Assembly: GCF_006345805.1 (NCBI RefSeq)
Contig: NC_042998.1
Location: 42,842,001 to 42,906,000 of the forward strand
Origin: Octopus sinensis
Taxonomy: Eukaryota
DNA length: 64,000 nt
Reading direction: 5' to 3'
Position 1 is the first letter of the stretch. Each line of letters starts with the position of its first letter. The notes under the pieces are model-generated. The model saw only the letters and a program-made list of their open reading frames with translations, made no database searches and was not told the DNA's origin. This document shows, in pieces, positions 1 through 12,839 of this stretch. Position numbers and translations under genes: made by a program.

Positions 1-229
1 GATCAATACAATTTGGCACCAGTGACATTGTAACTCATTTCTATAGTTGAGTGAACTAAAACAACATGAGATAAAGTGTCTTGCTCAAGAACAAAAAACA
101 CAGCCTGGTCCAGGATTTGAGCTCACTACCTCATGATTGTGAGCCCGATGCTCTAATCATTGAGCCATGCACCTTCACATAAATAGTACATATAAAGAAC
201 CCCATGTGGTAGTATGTACATCATATCCA

Positions 230-1190
230 TCTTTGCCTCAAATCACAATGTTAAGTTTGAGGAGGGCCTTATATTGAGAAAAGAAATGTTTAACAAAATC
301 ATATCAGCATATCAACTTCAACTTCTCAAACATCAAATTACCCAAAAGAATATCATGTGATGAAAAAAATCAGTATCTCACTAAAATGATGTTCATGGAA
401 CAAATAATACTGATTATTTGATTAACCTGATTATGATTAACACCATCATGGAACTCTGCTTCACTAATAACCTAGAATTCATCTACATATGGAGGTAAGA
501 CAATTTTGTCAGACCATAATATAAAAAAAACTCAAAGCTAATCAAAGATTTAAGCCACAGAAGAAGGAACTAATTCCTCTCCAGCCAGAACTACTACAAA
601 GCTGTTTGGAAATCAGTTTAAAAAAAGAAGGTGAAACAAAATTAGCCAAAAAGTATTCCTGTAGAAGACAATAACATGAAATTTTCCCAAGAGACAGGAA
701 AGCTGTTATGAGACAAAGAATAAAGATTTCAAATTGCTTAAATATACAATTTAATGAGAGCAAGAAGTCCTACTTAAAAATAGTATTTTCAGAAAAGAAA
801 ACAAACTCAGATTCTACAATGAAAAGGAGAGGGAAGAAAAGGGAACTGGAACAGTTGAAAATATAAAAATAAAACCTACAGCCATTTACAAAATTATGAA
901 AAAAATTCATCTCAGTTTGAAGAACATGGTTCACTGATTGCAAACTGACAAAGGATAAATGAAATACTAAATAAGCAATTCCATAGAGTTTCAACTTCCC
1001 TACTGGGAAATATGCAAATATATAAGCCTAATGACTTCTTCAACACTGCAATTTTACACAAGGAAAAGGCAGCTATTGATCATTGGTAGAGGATGTAGTA
1101 TCAGCCATTGATAAGACAAACTTGAGCTCAGCAAAGAACCCTAGTGGTTTTCCAATGAATCTTTTAAAAACATGCAAGAAAGCTCTGGCA
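230..1190 (+). mobile_element. Highly decayed non-LTR retrotransposon ORF remnant, possibly R4/Dong-type
   Basis: Broken Lys/Arg-rich frames (e.g. PRDRKAVMRQRIKISNCLNIQFNESKKSY at ~687-775) loosely resemble the pre-RT region of R4/Dong elements; no diagnostic motif. Confidence 0.3.
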
Positions 1191-1539
1191 AAAACTACTG
1201 CACACACACACACACACTACAGGCTGGCAGACATGTGTACATACATACATTCATAAGGCCTCTTTCAGTTTCTGTCTATTTAATCCATTCTTTAGTTGGT
1301 GTAGGTCTATAGTAGAAGAGACTTGGCAATGGTGGTGTGTAGAGGAACTGAACCCCAAAACACATGATTTGAGAGTGAAGTTTGTAACTACAGCCATAAG
1401 CCTACATCTAAACATATTATATACATATATGAATGTATGTATAGCTACACACATACACACACACACATGGTTCACTGACAAACTGACAAAGGATAAATGA
1501 AATACTAAATTCTTGTTTATTGAAGTCTTCTAAGCCATA

Positions 1540-2330
1540 ACAGAGATTTTAAGACTGGTTATCTATGGGAACACCTGTATGCTGATGGTCTTATTCTTAT
1601 AGCTAAATCTGTGGACAATTTGGAGAAATTCCAAATATAGAAGCAAAATATAGAATTGAAAGGTCTTAATAGAAACTTTGTTAAAACTAAACTTATGCTA
1701 ATAAGAAAAGAAGGCAGGACTCTGTTGCCTTCAGGGAAATGGCTATACTCAGTGTGCAGAAAAGAAATAGGTAGAAACTCTAAACAGAGCATCCAGTATA
1801 AACCTGAGTACATAAGAAGTGTAGTGAGAGCACAGACAGGTTAACATTAAAGGTAACCCTTGGCAGATGATCAGGAGTATGAATCATGAAGAGCACCTGG
1901 GATATAGATTCTCTTAATTACTTGGAAGTTTTCCTGTTACAAAACTGACCTAATTAATGTGGGAAGCTGCACTTAAAGAATCACAGCCTGAGTAAGAACA
2001 TGGAAAAAATTGAAGAAGCAACAACTTTTGCTAGCAATAAAGGGCTTCTCCTTTAGGGTGCTCCTTGGGGTGAAGGGCAAATGTTTGTATGTAAAATACA
2101 ATGCTACTGAGACTAAGACATAAGCCTTGAATGTAGAGTAATTGCAGATGTGTAATGTTAGTGTAATGTTAGTGTAATGTGTAATGCATGAACAGTAGAG
2201 TACAAATGAGCTGAGGGTAAAGCTGTGTATAAGAGGAATCAGATGGTGTGTGCAAAGAGAAGATTGTATTGGTAAGGGCATGTGATGCATATGGTGATTG
2301 CAGCTGCATAAAAAATTGTGTTATATGTTC
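1540..2330 (+). mobile_element. RTE-clade LINE remnant (RT and C-terminal region)
   Basis: WEHLYADGLILIA (YADD motif), GLNRNFVKTK, SGKWLYSVCRKEIGRNS and LLLAIKGFSFRV, with stops and frameshifts. Confidence 0.75.
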
Positions 2331-5300
2331 AAAATGGTGGTACTTGTGGAAGAAGAAAACTTAGAAAATTTATGAGATGAAGTGGTGAAAATTGATATCA
2401 AGATGCTGGATTTCAGAAAAGAGATAACAAAGGAGTGCAGTAATTGGTGATAAGGTGTTGTTGGAGAAAACCTGCACTCTAGTGCACACATAGCACAGGG
2501 AACACTTAAAAAGAATAAATATGGATGATGACTGAGTTGCATTCATCCTCTGTTCTCCTCTCTCTCTATTACACTCTCCTTTCCTTTCTATCACTGTTTT
2601 TACAGCATTCATCCACAGCTCCTCCATCTACCTCTCTCTCTCTCTCACTTATCTCCCTCTCTCTAACATATCTCCCTTTCTCTAACCTATTTCCATGACA
2701 CTACCCCACTGACCTTTTCTGGTCCTTCCCCAACTTCTTCTCTGGTTCCTTTCACCAATGTATCTGGTTATTTTTCATGCATCCCTTCAAAAATACTCAC
2801 CCTTATAACATGGGGTAATATTAAATCCTTTCTACTCAATTCATTCCATTGTCATTATCATTGTCCCTATCTCTGTTTCACTAACAACCTCCCCCTCCCA
2901 ACAAAGCTCATTCCTTTCCATTCATACTTGTTCTTTTCCATTATTTCCCTTAACACTGTCTCCTCTGTTACTCTTTCCACTACAACCATCTCACAACAAT
3001 AAATTTGTCTCTCTGTTTGGATTTTATCTCTTCTCAAGAATTTGCCTTAAATCATCAGTCTCTCTCTCTCTCTCTTTCTTTCTTTTATTCTTCATTGCTG
3101 ACAAAGAGGATCTTTGGTCCTGCAAGTTATGAGATAACCATACAAGAACTTCACAAAAGGTACCAGCAACAAGAGGCTGATGAATTAAGCAGAGATAATG
3201 CAATGCTGAGAGGACTCTTTAATTTTGCTAAGAGAGAAAGACAACTTCTATAATGCTGCTATTGCAAAAAACTAAGGGGGGAAAAGGGGCACTTAGTCAA
3301 TACACTGTAAAAAGTGGTTACTGTTGGGAAGAGCATCCAGCTAAAGAAATCATGTACACACACACATCACTACAGTATAAATAAAAAGATATGTGTGTGG
3401 TGTGTATATTTATATATATTGGTATATAACATGGATATATATGTATATTTGTTTACATATATACACATACATATATATATATATTTGTTTACATATATAC
3501 ACATACATATATATATACACACATAAATATACGCACACATATTCAATTGCTGTTTTAATGTCTGTTTTTTGCATGCTAGCATAGGTTAGACAAATGTATT
3601 ATTCAGGCATTGTTTTGCTGCCAGATGTTCGTTACCAATCTTTACTTGTATTTCAAGTAAAGGATTTCTTATACCAACATCTGCAAGGAGACAAAACCAC
3701 TGGATGATCTGCTGACAAGGGAAATAACAACAACATCACCACCCACTGTTTAGCTATTTTTATACAATCATAACTGGATCAGATGGAATTTTTTGAAGCA
3801 GATTTTCTATGTCTAGATGCCCTTTCTTTCACCAATGCTCACTTGTTTCCAAGCAAGGTAATATTTCCTCAAGATGGAACAAGCTTTCACTGAAGAGTGG
3901 AAATGAATGATGGTGACATCCATTTATAATTATCACATTAAGTCAAGGTATGAAAGCACAAACACACACACATATACATTGATGAGAAATGAACCACACA
4001 ATTATGCTCTCTTCCTCTCTCTCTCTCTGGCTGGGTAACCATATACCTTCTCTACAGCAAGACATCTGTTTCTACCTCTGTCTCTCTGTCACACTCTACC
4101 CTTTCATTATCTGACACAAGATCATCTCCTCCAATGCCACACCACCTCTCAAAGATTCCTTGACATGCAAATTACTTGGTGACCTACTGGTGTTGGTGTC
4201 ATGTAAAAAAACACCCAGTCCACACTGTAAAGTGGTTGGCATTTGGAAGGGTATCCAGCTGTAAAAACCATGCCAAAACTAACCTCACTTATGCTGGTGT
4301 CACATAAAAAGCACCCAGTCTATTCTGTGGGATGGTTGGTGTTAGGAAGGACATCCAACCATAAAAACCATGCCAAAACAAACGCAGAAGTCTGGTGCAG
4401 TCTTCTATCAAACCGTCTAACCCATGCTAGCATGGAAGGTGGACGTTAAACAAGGATGATGATGATCATCATCATCATGATCAACATTGTTTTAACATCT
4501 ACTTCTCCATTTTTTCATGGGTCCAATGTGATTTTACTGAAACAGAATTTTCTACAGCTGGAGGCCGTTCCTGGACGGAAAAAAAACCCACACACTCACC
4601 CATTTCCAAATAAGGTAATAATTGCCAAGTCTATCAAATAGCAAATTCTCACATGCCTTCACAGAAGATAAAAAACAGCTGACACTATTTGCATGAATGG
4701 TGAGACTTCCATTTACAATTAACTGCAAATAATATATAAATAATATATGTATAATAAATGCACTTACGTTTACAATCAGTGCACACATCAATAAGAATAT
4801 GCACTCACTCACACATGCACATATACACACACACATATATATATAGATAAAGAGAGAACAGGCTTCCTCCAGTTTCCTTCTATTGACTCATTTTACTCAT
4901 GAGGTCAATCAACATAGTGGGTCCAAACTACAAGCCAAATGGTTTTGAAGAGAACTTTCTAACCATACAGCCATGCTCGTACCTACACCATACCCGTCCC
5001 TAGTGTGTGTGCTGGATATCTTTTAGTTTCCATCCACAAAATCCACTCACAAGACTTTGGTCAGGTTTATGTTACAGAAGAAGGCACTTGCCCAAGGTGT
5101 CATGCAGTGGGATTGAACTTGACCCACATGACTGGAAAACAAACTTTTTAACCACACACCCATGCATTGCCAATTTGTATATATGCGTATACACACACAC
5201 CCAAGCACAGGTGTACTCTACTATAGCTGTGGACTGTCCAATACTACGTAAGTGAAGTTGGAGTATGGAACCTGAAGAAACCTTTATATTGCAGGTACTC

Positions 5301-5359
5301 TTTCTTTTTCTAACTTATGAAACCTCCTTAGATAACTGTATATATGTATGTTTGCACAC

Positions 5360-5860
5360 ACACACACACACTTCAGCTAATTACATCGCCAAGGTAACAA
5401 CAGCTACCAGCTATTTCTAGTAAGCCATTCAGGCATTTAAGAGAATCTGTTTCCGATGTGCCCACAGCACATTCTGCTCCAGTGCATCTATCACATATGC
5501 AACTTATATTCTTTGCTTGCCTGTGATTTTATGTCTCTTTTGAGTCTATAACTTACAATGGGTACAGTGTATGTAGTTTATACCATGACATTTACTGCAT
5601 ATCAAGCAAGGCCATTTCCCATGAGGATATCAGGGGCCTGTCTTCTTCCCTCATTAAAACTTACATCTTTGCTAAGTTTGCCTTAAGACTTCTGGAGTCT
5701 AGGTTTAGAACTAAATCATCAGTACTAAGTCATCAGTATATAGGGGTTCCCATAGACGACCAGCCATAACTCGTCCGAGATGGTCTGTAGGACTATGATG
5801 AACAAGAGAGGACTGAGCCTTGAGGCTCAGACTCAAGATACCATGAAGGTGGGGACTCCT
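5360..5860 (-). mobile_element. RTE-clade LINE remnant (RT)
   Basis: Minus-strand LSPLLFIIVLQTI and LWEPLYTDDLVL, followed by a CYLGD-like segment. Confidence 0.75.
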
Positions 5861-5935
5861 GCCATCATGCTAAATTTATCACTGAATTCATTCACTAAGT
5901 TTACTCATTTTACTAACTACATCTTTGTACATAGC

Positions 5936-5967
<32 letters not shown>

Positions 5968-6339
5968 TCATACACATGCATATATATACATTCATACATA
6001 CATATATATTAGATGCGTGTGTAAATGTATGGGCACGCGCGCGCGCACACACACATACACGCTCGCGCGCGCACAACACACTGTTGATGTCATAAGATTT
6101 TTATAAATTTTCGAGAGAACATGAATTAATTCTTTTAAGAAATAGTGGTTCCCAAGGCTCACATGAAGCTATAAATAACAGCATGTAGATGTTGGGTTGA
6201 AAATCCCTTTTCGATACAGAGTTAAATTATTACACATACATATAAACATGTATGCATACATACACACACACACACACACAAACACACGCCCACACACACA
6301 AATACGCCCACGTACATAGATACAGGTGGAAAATTCCCA

Positions 6340-6700
6340 ATATATCTACTAAGAACAAATATATCGAACTTGATATAGTTATCTGAGACACAAGATAAAA
6401 GACATGAAAAGATATGGGATAGCTGTCCGACAGATGTAAACATCTTTTCCGAAATCAGTAAGAGAATATCTATCAAGAACTGTTACGAAACCTGCAGCTC
6501 CTCAACTCTGATTATAAATTCCCATTTATAGCAATAATCATTGATTAAATTAGTTATGCAAGTAAATATCTTTAGTGACAATCTGGAAAAGCTAAGATTT
6601 TTGGGGAAAGTGACCGGTTAACATGAACTTTAAATAACAATCAATAAAATATGCAAGCCTTTCTGAAAGTTCAATATTTAACAATTATTACTATTGATAT
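6340..6700 (+). mobile_element. R4/Dong-like non-LTR element, restriction-like endonuclease remnant
   Basis: LDIVI*D...SCPTDVNIFSEISK / NIYQELLRNLQLLNSDYKFPFIAIII across frameshifts, matching the PD-(D/E)xK REL domain layout. Confidence 0.7.
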
Positions 6701-7599
6701 CCAAAATCTAGTGACGGAATTTTTTTTTTCCGTTCGTTTGTTGGAAACCAGTACTATTCCCTCCCTCTAAGTAATAAATTAGTCAAACGCCTCCATGCCT
6801 GCATGTATGTACGTACGTACGCCCGAACGCACGTATGTATGTACGCATGTATGTGTACTTATGTATGCATGCACGCATGTATGTGTACTTATGTATGCAT
6901 GTATGTGTACTTATAAACAAACGCAAATATTGATATTCATATGTGAATGACAAGGTTCAAAGCATATTATATAACACATTTGCATTGAAGCAAAATATTA
7001 TGCACACTCACCACGTGTGTGTGTATGTGTGTGTGTGTTGCTGGACAAACTCACTGAGAAATCAGCTGCAGAGAAAACTTTGAAGTCACTGTCAACAGTA
7101 GCAGAAAAAAGTGTTTAATTCAGGATTTCGTATCGAGTCGTTTTTCATTGCAACGTTAGTGTACACCTACGTACATGCGCACACATACACTTTATTATAT
7201 ATGTATATATGCATATACATGCACATACACACACACATATATACAGATATGTATGTGCATGTATTATGCATATTCATGTATTTGTATATGTACATATATG
7301 TACGTACGTATGTGTGTGTGTATTTTGCGTGTTGCGTGTCTGTATATTTGTCTGTGTATATCTTCCCATTGACACTGCAGCGCTGAATACGCCCGTGCTA
7401 TTATGAGTGTGATAGTAAAAATTTAACGACACCTCGTCCAACCTGTGTCAGCATGGAAAAAATAGTAATGTGGGTGGTGACACATTCATGCATGCATGCA
7501 AGCATATATACATACAAGCATGCATGCACATATGGATATACATTTGCATGTATACGCATACTCATATATACAACTTTATATAACCATTAATCCGAAGTA

Positions 7600-8050
7600 G
7601 AGACAGCAGCAGGGAAGAGAGCTTCTGCTAGGCGATTCCAGAGGTAGTGAATAAAGGAAAGGTAGCTAAATTGAGTTAGAGGCAAGCATAGAAATTAATC
7701 GTCTTGGACTAGACATGAGCTGTCCTTCGGCATGGCATAAATTCCGACAGCTACTTGACCGAGGGTTACAAGTAAAGCCATAGAAAACAGTGTGGTGGGT
7801 GTTGTCAGGCGATATCAGCTAAAGCAAACTCTGAGGTCAATGACCAGGTTCACCAAGTTCCTAAAGTGCAGCGCTGCTAACAGCTATAAACCCGGTAACC
7901 ATGCACGAGTGATTATAAAAGGGCGAGGGAGGTGGACTACCCCGTGAGATACTTTATATATGTATCATTTTGTGCTGTTCAGGTTGGAGGTAGACGAAGA
8001 GTTTGTCCCAGGTGGTATAAACTCAAGTTACGTCAGTGTAACGATGGACG
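7600..8050 (-). mobile_element. CR1/L2-clade LINE 3' remnant
   Basis: Minus-strand SFIHYLWNRLAEALFP resembles the SF.PRT..LWN.LP..FP C-terminus; upstream YLQPEQ..IYK-like segment. Confidence 0.4.
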
Positions 8051-8492
8051 TTAAATTTCAAAACCCAAGCAAGCTCGCGACTAGATGATCTTTATTTGTG
8101 TGTGTATTTGTGATCGGTGAATGCATAATATCATAGAGAAACATAAATGCAAACATATACTCATGCAAAAATATGCGTTTATATTATAAACACGAGAAAC
8201 ATAAACACTTTCACATTAACATATGCGCATGTTCTTCCATCTATCATTCCGTCAGTATGTACATATGTAACTACATACATATATATTATATACACACCTA
8301 TACAAACGCAATATGCAAAGGGAAACTATTCTGTTATCAAAATCATCTTACGAGAAAGGATTCCAAAATAATAAATTACTTTAAAATAGCTGTTACATAT
8401 GTGAAAGATAGGCGTGAGTATCCTCGTGCTTTATTTGACATTCTGTTTTAATTAATAACGAAATAAAGGTAATCAAATGAAAAGGAACTTAC

Positions 8493-8567
8493 CTCGTGAA
8501 TCGACTTGTGTTGTTTAATCATGGTAAAGATCCCGTTTCCGAAAAAGAAAGTTACAAATGGCTTCAT
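8493..8567 (-). CDS. Candidate first coding exon (MKPFVTFFFGNGIFTMIKQHKSIHE) of an unidentified gene
   Basis: In-frame ATGs at 8567 and 8522, in-frame stop upstream, consensus donor GAG|gtaagt at 8493/8492, in a unique and relatively CpG-rich segment; product not recognised. Confidence 0.4.
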
Positions 8568-8599
8568 AAGGTTAAGCTGCCGCAATGTTTATGTAGATA

Positions 8600-8710
8600 G
8601 AAGCCCATACGTAATCGCTACCGATTTACGTAGGCAGCCATTCACGTAGGTAAAAGACGTACGTTCCTAGCTCACCTATCTACTTACCAACCTACCTATA
8701 AATAGACACT
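8600..8710. promoter_or_regulatory. Putative promoter: ACGT cluster plus TATA-like element
   Basis: ACGT at 8609, 8628, 8644, 8657 and 8661; CTATAAATAG near 8696-8705; directly upstream of the candidate first exon. Confidence 0.3.
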
Positions 8711-9703
8711 TGCCACTTCTCTCTCTCTCCCTCGCTTGATTCCTTTACAAAAGGATATTCCAGTCACAATACCAACATTGCTGACATTTCTCTGTATCTC
8801 ACCCTCCACCAATGCCATTAGCTTCGTTTATGAGGACTTCTTGAGGTCGAGGAAATGTTTCCAAAATAATGAGCCAAATTAAAAATGTAAATAAATAAAT
8901 ATTACTCGTTACATGTATGCGAGAAAATCTTGCTGAAAATGAGAAGATAAATCTGATATAATTTATTTAATTCTAAAATTCCTAGAAGGGATATTTTGTT
9001 TCTACAAAATTAAATATAAAAGAACAAATTTAACCATCTCAATACGTACAATAACTGTCCACTCATCTATTCTGCAAATACTTTATCGAAATAAGCTTAG
9101 GGACTACCATGTCCTGTAATCCAGTGGCTAGCATCCTTCGTTTTTAAGCTGACACTCAATTTAACTTACTTAGGAGTAATGTTATAAGTAATCATAGACT
9201 AGGAGAGATTGCTTTTCGGAATTTAAATATTGGAAATGTCTATGGAAAATTTTACAACACTTCTAGTGGTTTACCATAACTCGGGTTTTCAGACTGCCTT
9301 AGTTGAAACGACTACTGTTATCCGTTGAGAGTACTAATTTAACCCTTCCTTATTTGTCTGTTCTCACACTCCAGTAGAGCTACTGTTGGCTATTATTAGA
9401 TCATCGCATCCAAAATAAGACCAAACTAGCTTACACTTGTTATATGTATTCACTCTCAAGTTGAGGAATTCCCCAGCAGACTGTACAAGCATCAACTTTC
9501 TCTGTAATAGCTTCTAATTCTCTATTCTTATATATCCATAACTAATTTTTTAAAACTGTAAAGCTGATGAAAGAGATCTCAACTAATCTAGCTATGGATT
9601 AAAAGGTATTTACGGAAACCCCAAGATCAGGAAAACAATTAAGAGTAATTTTCTTCTTAAATCTACTTATTGACCAATAACCGTGCATTCATTTAACTTA
9701 CAG

Positions 9704-9763
9704 ATAGTGTGCTCATTCAGCAATTATTTGTTGCTCTGGTGACAAGAAGTTTCTGGTTTCGAA
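9704..9763 (+). CDS. Weak candidate internal exon (xSVLIQQLFVALVTRSFWFR), possibly non-coding
   Basis: ttaacttacag acceptor, GAA|gtgagt donor, 60 nt, one open frame. Confidence 0.2.
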
Positions 9764-10413
9764 GTGAGTTAACTGGCCCTGTATTTTCCAAATCAATGAA
9801 AAAGTGAAGTAATTTTTTTTTTTTCATCGTAAGAAAGAAAAAAGTTACTCAATGTGAGATCTGACCTCTTATTCTAATTAGGTTAAAGGGGAAGTGATAA
9901 ATTTGATCTACTTGAATTGATAATATAAATCAAAGGAATATGTTTAAGTTACTAACAAGAATGTAGAAAGTGACTGAGCATTAGATAGTTGTAATGTCTC
10001 AGATGTTACTGTCATGTGATAACAATCAATGCGAAAATTAAAGATAAAAAACACAAAATACTAGATAAACAGGTTGTAAAAGTATCTTGAGCTTGTAAAT
10101 GATGACAGGAGATTGACAAAATAAAATAAATAAATGAAGAAATAAACCTCCAGTAAATTCTCCAAATAAATTCTCCAAACTTAACAGTGTTGTAGTTAAC
10201 AAAAGAGTAATTAATGATGGGACAAAGTAGAAAATCATTTTGCATATCAGTATGAAGATAAGAAATAGACAAGTGAGAAACAATAACAATTAATTATAGA
10301 AAGAAATTTAATAAAATTGTATTCAAATTTAAGTCGTCACAGTTGCTGTAAATGCCAGCTTCATAAGCAGTCGCTTCTATTTCACAGATTAAAGTAACAC
10401 ATACTCTCTCTCT

Positions 10414-10628
10414 CTCTTTTACTTGTTTCAGTCATTTGACTGCGGCCATGCTGGAGCACCGCCTTTAATCGAGCAACTCGACCCCGGGACTTATTCTTTG
10501 TAAGCCCAGTACTTATTCTATCGGTCTCTTTTGTCGAACCGCTAAGTTACGGGGACATAAACACACCAGCATCGGTTGTCAAGCAATGCTAGGGGGACAA
10601 ACACAGACACACAAACACACGCACATAT

Positions 10629-10659
<31 letters not shown>

Positions 10660-10819
10660 TACGATGGTCTTCTTTCAGTTTCCGTCTACCAAATCCACTC
10701 ACAAGGCTTTGGTCGGCCCGAGGCTATAGTAGAAGACACTTGCCCAAGGTGCCACGCAGTGGGACTGAACCCTGAACCATGTGGTTGGTAAGCAAGCTAC
10801 TTACCACACAGCCACTCCT
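10414..10819 (-). mobile_element. SINE family A (tRNA-derived, CORE-like central domain; octopus OR-type by inference), full length
   Basis: tRNA-like head GGAGTGGCTGTGTGGTAAG...GGTTCAGTCCC, GGCACCTTGGGCAAGTGTCTT domain, internal TA/TG tract, tail GACTGAAACAAGTAAAAGAG; many copies in the window. Confidence 0.9.
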
Positions 10820-10859
10820 TATGTAATATTAACACATGTTAATATTACATAATAAAAAA

Positions 10860-11075
10860 ATGGGCAGCGAGCTGACAGAGCTGGTAGCTTGCCGAACAAA
10901 ATGGTTAGCGGCATTTTGTCCGTCTGTACATTTTGAGTTCAAATTCCACAGAGGTTGACTTTACTCTTAATTCTCTGGGGCTTGATAAAATAAGTACCAG
11001 TTAAACACTGGTGTCAATGTAACTGACTTACTCCCTCCCCTGAAATTGCCGGCCTTGTGACAAAACTTGAAATGA
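10860..11075 (+). mobile_element. SINE family C (tRNA-derived)
   Basis: GGCAGCGAGCTGACAG...GAGTTCAAATTCC head and GATAAAATAAGTACCAG body shared with copies at ~31520, 34955, 51728-52390 and 62720. Confidence 0.8.
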
Positions 11076-11324
11076 ATGTTACTTAAAAAAACTGCTTATA
11101 TTTTAACTGATTTATTTATTAGTGTAGCTGCTTCTTAATTGTTATTTTATCTTCCTTTCATTTGTGATTTTGGTTCCATGTTCAGCTATACTTGGCATTT
11201 CATTAATCTACATTAATTGTCAGATTTGGAATCTTTACAGGTAGTTAGCTGGCAACTTATATAAGTTACGTGTTGTATTTGCATGAGTGTGTGTATATGC
11301 ACAATTATGCTTTATGTATGTATA

Positions 11325-11430
11325 CACACACACACACACATACATACATACATACATACATACATACATACATACATACATACATACACACACATACACA
11401 CACATACACATACATATATACATACATGCT
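11325..11430. repeat. (CA)n/(TACA)n microsatellite
   Basis: Direct reading. Confidence 0.95.
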
Positions 11431-12076
11431 TGCATGCATGCATGTATGTATGCATGTATTCATTGGTTTCAATCTTTAGATTGTGACCATGCTGGGGCAC
11501 TCAGCACAGATTAGGGTAGGTGTCAGCCAAGGTATTTCCTATGCTGAAATGAAACATAAGAGCAATGCATTAATCCTGGCAGCATAAAAAATTGAACATA
11601 GACTGAAAAGGATTACACACACATGCACATACATAAGTTCAGGCATGGCTGAGTAGCTACGAAGTTTGCTTTCCAACCATATGATCATTGGTTCAGTCCC
11701 ACTGTGTGGCACCTTCTACTATAGCCATGGGCCAACCAAAACCTTGTGAGTGGATTTGGTAGACAGAAACTGAAAGAAGCCCATTGTGTGTGAATATATA
11801 TGTGAGTATGCATGTGTGTGTGTGTGTGTGTGTGTGTGAGTGTATATGTCTATGTACTGTATGCATACGTGTGTGTGTATGTTTGTTTTTGTGTGCACCT
11901 TTGTGTAGATATCATGTGATGGTTGTAAATGGGTGCCAGTGTCATACAAACGAGATTGTTTGTTTCTAGTCTTCCGTGAAAAACATGTCTAACTATTGGG
12001 AGATATTACTTTGCTTGGAAACAGGTGGACAGTTGGTGACAAGAAGAATGTCATCCATCTGTTGAAAGTCTGCCCC

Positions 12077-12095
<19 letters not shown>

Positions 12096-12118
<23 letters not shown>

Positions 12119-12385
12119 TTAATGTCCTTTGTCCATGCTAGCATAGGCTGGACGGTTTGATTGGACTGGCATGTTAGAAGGCTGTGCCGGGATCCAGTCT
12201 GATTTGGCTTGGTTTTCTTTGGCTGGATGTTCTTCCTAACACCAACTACTCTAAGAATGTAATGCATACTTTAACATGCCACTGGCACGGGTGCCATTTG
12301 CGTGACACCAGTATCTGCCACGACTGTGATACTGCTCGGCTTGATGGGTCCTCCTCTCAAGCATGACATAATGCCAAAGGTCTTG
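12096..12385 (-). mobile_element. SINE family B (shares the RTE 3' end, (GAT)n tail)
   Basis: (ATC)n then TTTAATGTCC..CATGCTAGCAT..GCTGGATGTTCTTCCTAAC, as in the other copies. Confidence 0.8.
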
Positions 12386-12389
12386 GCCT

Positions 12390-12820
12390 TTTCCTTTGTG
12401 AGGCTCAACACTTGAAAGGAACTCAGCCCCTTTGCCTCCATGAGGCCCAATGCTCGAAAGGAACTCAGCCACCTTGTCTCTGTGAGGCCTATTCAAAAGG
12501 AACTCAGTCACCTTGCCTCTGTGAGGCCCAACACTTGAAAGGAACTCAGCCACTTTGCCTTCATGCAGCCCAGGGGCTCAGTCACTTTGCCACCATGAGG
12601 CTCAGTGCTCAAAAGGAACTCAGCCACCTGACCTTCATGAGGTTCGTTTGAAAGGAACTCAGCCACCTTGCTTCTGTAATGACTATCACTTGAATGGAAC
12701 TCAGCCACTTTGCCTCCATGAGGCCCAATGCTCAAAAGAAACTCAGTCACTTTGCCTCTATCAGGCCCAATGCTCGAAAGGTACTCAGCCACTTTGCCTC
12801 CATGAGGCCCAATCTTCAAA
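12390..12820. repeat. Minisatellite, ~42-bp unit, about 10 copies
   Basis: Unit GAAAGGAACTCAGCCACTTTGCCTCCATGAGGCCCAATGCTC; unit starts at 12414, 12456, ~12497, 12537 ... 12776. Confidence 0.95.
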
Positions 12821-12839
12821 GATTGATTTTTTTTCTTTA

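Noticed and set aside
3005-3253. 82-aa ORF ending ...ELSRDNAMLRGLFNFAKRERQLL
   Set aside because: The N-terminus comes from a CT repeat, there is no recognisable family motif and no convincing splice donor; it may be a TE relic.
3643-3681. Minus-strand exon-like segment (xVGIRNPLLEIQ) after a strong acceptor
   Set aside because: It is short, its phase does not match the 8493 donor, and nothing else supports it.
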